A stretch of DNA of 64,000 nt. Source: Entomortierella parvispora E1425. Its lineage: Eukaryota > Fungi > Mortierellomycota. The stretch spans positions 558,001-622,000 of the forward strand of contig BQFW01000003.1 of the NCBI GenBank assembly GCA_020891255.1. The letters are read 5' to 3'. This document shows, one piece after another, positions 60,538-64,000 of the stretch. The position numbers and the translations under genes are program-made. The notes beneath the pieces are model-generated. The model had not been told where the DNA came from, did not search any database, and was given only the letters and a program-made list of their open reading frames with translations. Position 1 is the first letter of the stretch; the number at the start of each line of letters is the position of its first letter.

Positions 60538-63184
60538 ATGGTTAATCCTTTGCCTTACTCAGATTTCCGGAGCGACACTGGTAAGAGGATCAAGCCCGAT
60601 CTCAGAGCATTTCGATCGGAGAGTTTTTTATTGCTGAGCCTGGATGAATAACCACTCTGTCGTTCGTACGCTCTTGCCTCTTTTTTTTTTCCTCCCATGA
60701 TTCAGCTACTGCGCCAACGCCCGAGATGTTTGCCGCTATGATGAAATCCTCTCTTGGTGATGATGTCTACAACGAAGATGATTCTGTCAAAAAGCTGGAG
60801 CGGTATGTGGCCATGATCTGTGGACATGAAGCAGCCCTCTTTTGCGCCTCTGGCACGATGGTAAGCAAAGCGCATCCAAAAAAGAAAAGGCAACAGGGGG
60901 AGGGGGGACAGATATCTTCGCACGTCCCCACAAAGCGAAGGAAGGGCCTGGGTCGACAAATATGAGCCATCAAGAGGCCCATGTTTTGTTTTTGTTCTTT
61001 GCATGTCGCTGAAGCCAGGCTCTCTCTCTTTTGCTCAGTGCGTCACACACGCTTGACTGGCAACTGACACTGTGCGCCCACCCCTACCCCTTCCCTCTTT
61101 CGCTCCTTCCCCTTCCCTACCCTACTTTGCCCTACCCTACCTTGCCCTACCCTACCTTGCCCTACCCTACCTTGCCCTACCCTACCTTGCCCTACTCTTC
61201 TCTCTCCGACCCTCACCCCACTCCCTAAAACACAAAGCATTCAAACAAAGCCCCTCGATCCTCGCTCGATCTGCATTATGCAAAAAACAACCTGAACCCA
61301 ACACACCGAGAAACAACGACACAACCGTTAGAGCCAAACAGTACCCGAAAATACCATCTCATTCCTCTTTTCGCCCTTTGTTGTCTGTCTTTTTTTCTTC
61401 TTGCATAGTCAAACCAACTAGCGCTGCGAACACATCTCAACAACCCTCCACAATCGGCCATGGTCGATATCCGATCCCATGTTTTCAACTATGAGGCTGG
61501 TGGGATCTCATTCCATTCTCAGGCGGCCGTGTACCCGGTGATGCCCTCGAACGGCCGCTTCCTTACTGCAGAGGATGTAGCAGCACGCTTGATCCTTGAC
61601 GTTGACGTGCATTACGCGCCCACACGCGTGATCTCCCTCGAGAATACCCTCAATGGGACAGTGATGCCCCTGGAAGAGATGGCCCGCATTCGTTTGTTGA
61701 CACGCGAACATGGGATCAAATTGCATCTTGATGGCGCTCGACTCTGGCATGCCTGCATTCACACAGGGATCTCGATGAGCGATTACTGTTCACAGTTCGA
61801 TACCATCTCACTTTGTCTTTCCAAGGGCATCGGTGCTCCCATCGGATCCATCCTCGTCGGATCTGAGCTCACGATCAAGAAGGCTCGTCACTTCAGGCTG
61901 TTGTTTGGAGGCGGTTGGCGTCAGGCAGGAATCCTGGCAGAGGCTGCATTGTGGGGCATCAAGAATATCTGGCCCACCATGACAGAAACGCACAAGCAGG
62001 CAAAGTACCTGGAAGAGGTCCTGGTGCAGATTGGATGCCATATCACCAACCCCGTCGAGACCAACATGATTTGGATGGATACTTCCGATGCCGGGTTCAC
62101 GGTAGAGGAGTTGATGGCCGAGTTGAGTAAAAAGAACATCAAGATCAGTGGCTCAGGCACAGCAGCCCGCATCGTCTTGCACTACCAGATCTCACAGGAG
62201 GCCGTAGAACGGTTTGTGGATGTGTTGAGGGATATGGCAGCAACCCCCAACATGAAGATCAACGTAGACATTGTTCGCGCCACTGAATGGTCCAAGAGGC
62301 CACAACCCACAAGCGGAACTCGTAGCGTGCACAGCCACAGCTCACGAAACAGTCGGGTATACGAAGAAGACCATCTTCGCTCTCAACAAGGAAAGGAAGA
62401 ATCCCTTGAGAGCAGCATTCCTTTCCCAACCACTCCAAACACCCCAGAGGTGGGCAGGAACTGCATGTTCCAATCCATGTCCCCATCCTCTCCCTCTGGC
62501 TCTGACGTCAGGTCGGCAGAAGCGGCGGGCGTGCAGGCCACTCCTCCAGCGACCAAGAACACCATCTACGACGAGGACGAGGTCCTCAGACGTCACAGCA
62601 ATGACGGCGTTCCCAACATGAAGCGATGCCTCTTCCAAGAAAGCCGAGAACCCCCTAAAATGGACGAGGACGAGGACCAATTCTATCCTTTGCAAGTCGT
62701 CCCTGTCATCCCAAGATCCTCACGCCGGTCAGGGGGTCGTCCCATCAGTGCATATGAAGCCGATCGTCGTGCGCGCGTGGATCTGGAAGAGTTGTTGATC
62801 AACAACAACAGCGGCTTGCTCGGTTTCAACGATCCTAAGCAGCCTGCGGCAGCTCGTGCCCTTGATAGCGACGAGGATGAATCGGCTCGATATCCCTCTT
62901 CTAGAATGGCTGGCCGCTTGACGAAGTCTTTGGACCTTCAAGAGCTTGAGGCTCGGGCGGCCACGGTGGCTGCGGTCCATGCCGCGGCACTAGCCGCAGG
63001 CACGGTGACACAAGAGGGCGATCAACAGCAGCCAACAGCTCTGCAGTTGCAACAAGTGCCTCTGGACAAGAAGAAGATGAACAAGCTTCCGTTCAAGCTG
63101 GCGCAGAACCCGGCTAGTAAAGCCTTCAAGCGCGCGAGTCTTCGGATCACACGCTGGGGCAACCTCTTGACACGCGAGGGTTAA
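60538..63184 (+). CDS. GLY1: Low-specificity L-threonine aldolase (PLP) with a ~300-aa C-terminal extension, 3 exons
   Basis: DFRSDT|ATAPTPEM, LGDDVYNEDDSVKKLE, EAALFCASGTM|SNQLALRTH, HVFNYEAGG, ISLENT, LHLDGARLWHA, PLP lysine SLCLSKGIGAPIGS, GGGWRQAG, VETNMIW. Confidence 0.9.
61111..61195. repeat. 15-bp minisatellite (CTTGCCCTACCCTAC), about 6 copies, inside intron 2 of the aldolase
   Basis: Exact copies at 61141, 61156 and 61171. Degenerate or partial copies at 61111, 61126 and 61186. Confidence 0.9.
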
Positions 63185-63587
63185 GAACAAAGTTTTACGT
63201 TGATCGGAACAAACAACAATCCCCCTCCTCCTCTGCGCCTCACTTTCATTCATCCATTCGTCCATTCATCTACTCCCTCATACCATAGCCTTATTATTAG
63301 AAGATCGAGTCACCTCTTCTTGTAATCCAATACCATCATTCTGCACTAAAAGCGCCTCCTAGCTTCCTTCCCTTTTCTCAACTGGTCCACGATTGGCAAA
63401 CACTGGATTTCATTTTTTTTTTTTTTTTTTTTTTTTTTTAATGATTCATATGATGATCGTGGCAGTTGCTCTGCTCAAATGACTATGTCTAAGAATGGGA
63501 TTTGTGGTGCGAGAAAGGAAAGGAAGGGTCTATGTACATGGTTTTTTTTGGGGTTTTTGTTTCGTGGATTGCCGCAAGTTTATCGTT

Positions 63588-64000
63588 TTAGATCAACTTG
63601 GCGCGAGCACGAGCGGCCATCAACTCTTCAGTCTCATGGCTAGCTGGGTGGATGCCATCCTCTCTTACGCTCTTGACGGTGTAGTGTCTCAACAAGGCGT
63701 CCCTTCTCGCGAAGGGCTTATGACAGTAGTCGCAGGGCCAGGTCATGGCTTGGTGTTTGGAAGCTTGGTGACGTTTGAGGTCGTGGATCCGGCCATAGGA
63801 TTCTCCAGGGCAGAACTCGCATCGGAAAGAAATGGACTCGGTGGCAGGGTCAAAGACCATGATGCTGCCGTCTTCGTTCTTGACCACATGCAAGCCGTCG
63901 GCGCCCATCATGGAGAAAGTAGAAGCGTCAGCGGGGGTGGCAGGCGATGAGGGAGAAAAAGAAGAAGGCGAAGGCGAAAGCGTCAGAGGATTCGAGACCA
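63588..64000 (-). CDS. C2H2 zinc-finger transcription factor, C-terminal part (5' end beyond window)
   Basis: FRCEFCPGESYGRIHDLKRHQASKH and WPCDYCHKPFARRDALLRH. The frame stays open (S/P-rich) to position 64000. Confidence 0.85.
   Translation of the reverse strand, partial: VSNPLTLSPSPSSFSPSSPATPADASTFSMMGADGLHVVKNEDGSIMVFDPATESISFRCEFCPGESYGRIHDLKRHQASKHQAMTWPCDYCHKPFARRDALLRHYTVKSVREDGIHPASHETEELMAARARAKLI

Noticed and set aside
1-64000. tRNA, rRNA, transposon and CRISPR features
   Set aside because: I saw no T-loop/cloverleaf, rRNA segment, transposase/RT motif, TIR/LTR pair or repeat-spacer array by eye. A tRNAscan-SE, Rfam and RepeatMasker run would be needed to exclude short elements.

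Overview
This is eukaryotic, intron-rich (GT-AG) fungal genomic DNA. Gene content and style suggest an early-diverging fungus, probably Mortierellaceae or another Mucoromycota lineage (inference). I traced about 17 protein-coding genes, mostly by splice phase. In order: YME2 (3'-truncated), NDUFS4, a GH5 endoglycoceramidase-related glucosidase, a four-domain Cch1/NALCN-type Ca2+ channel, COG4, an orphan 2-TM protein, an intronless Tet(X)-family flavin monooxygenase, an OSCA/TMEM63 channel, UFD1, a polyQ+Uds1 protein, a coiled-coil orphan, a KDM4-type demethylase, a Rax2-like protein with SH3, a GNAT protein, an Rdx/SelW-family protein, a threonine aldolase with a long C-terminal tail, and a C2H2 zinc-finger gene (5'-truncated). 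There is also a disrupted polyQ ORF. I found no convincing rRNA, tRNA, transposon or CRISPR. No complete novel system is evident. The best leads are the bacterial-type Tet(X)-like gene, the EEEE-filter channel with a neighbouring orphan 2-TM protein and OSCA channel, and several animal-like or extended domain architectures.
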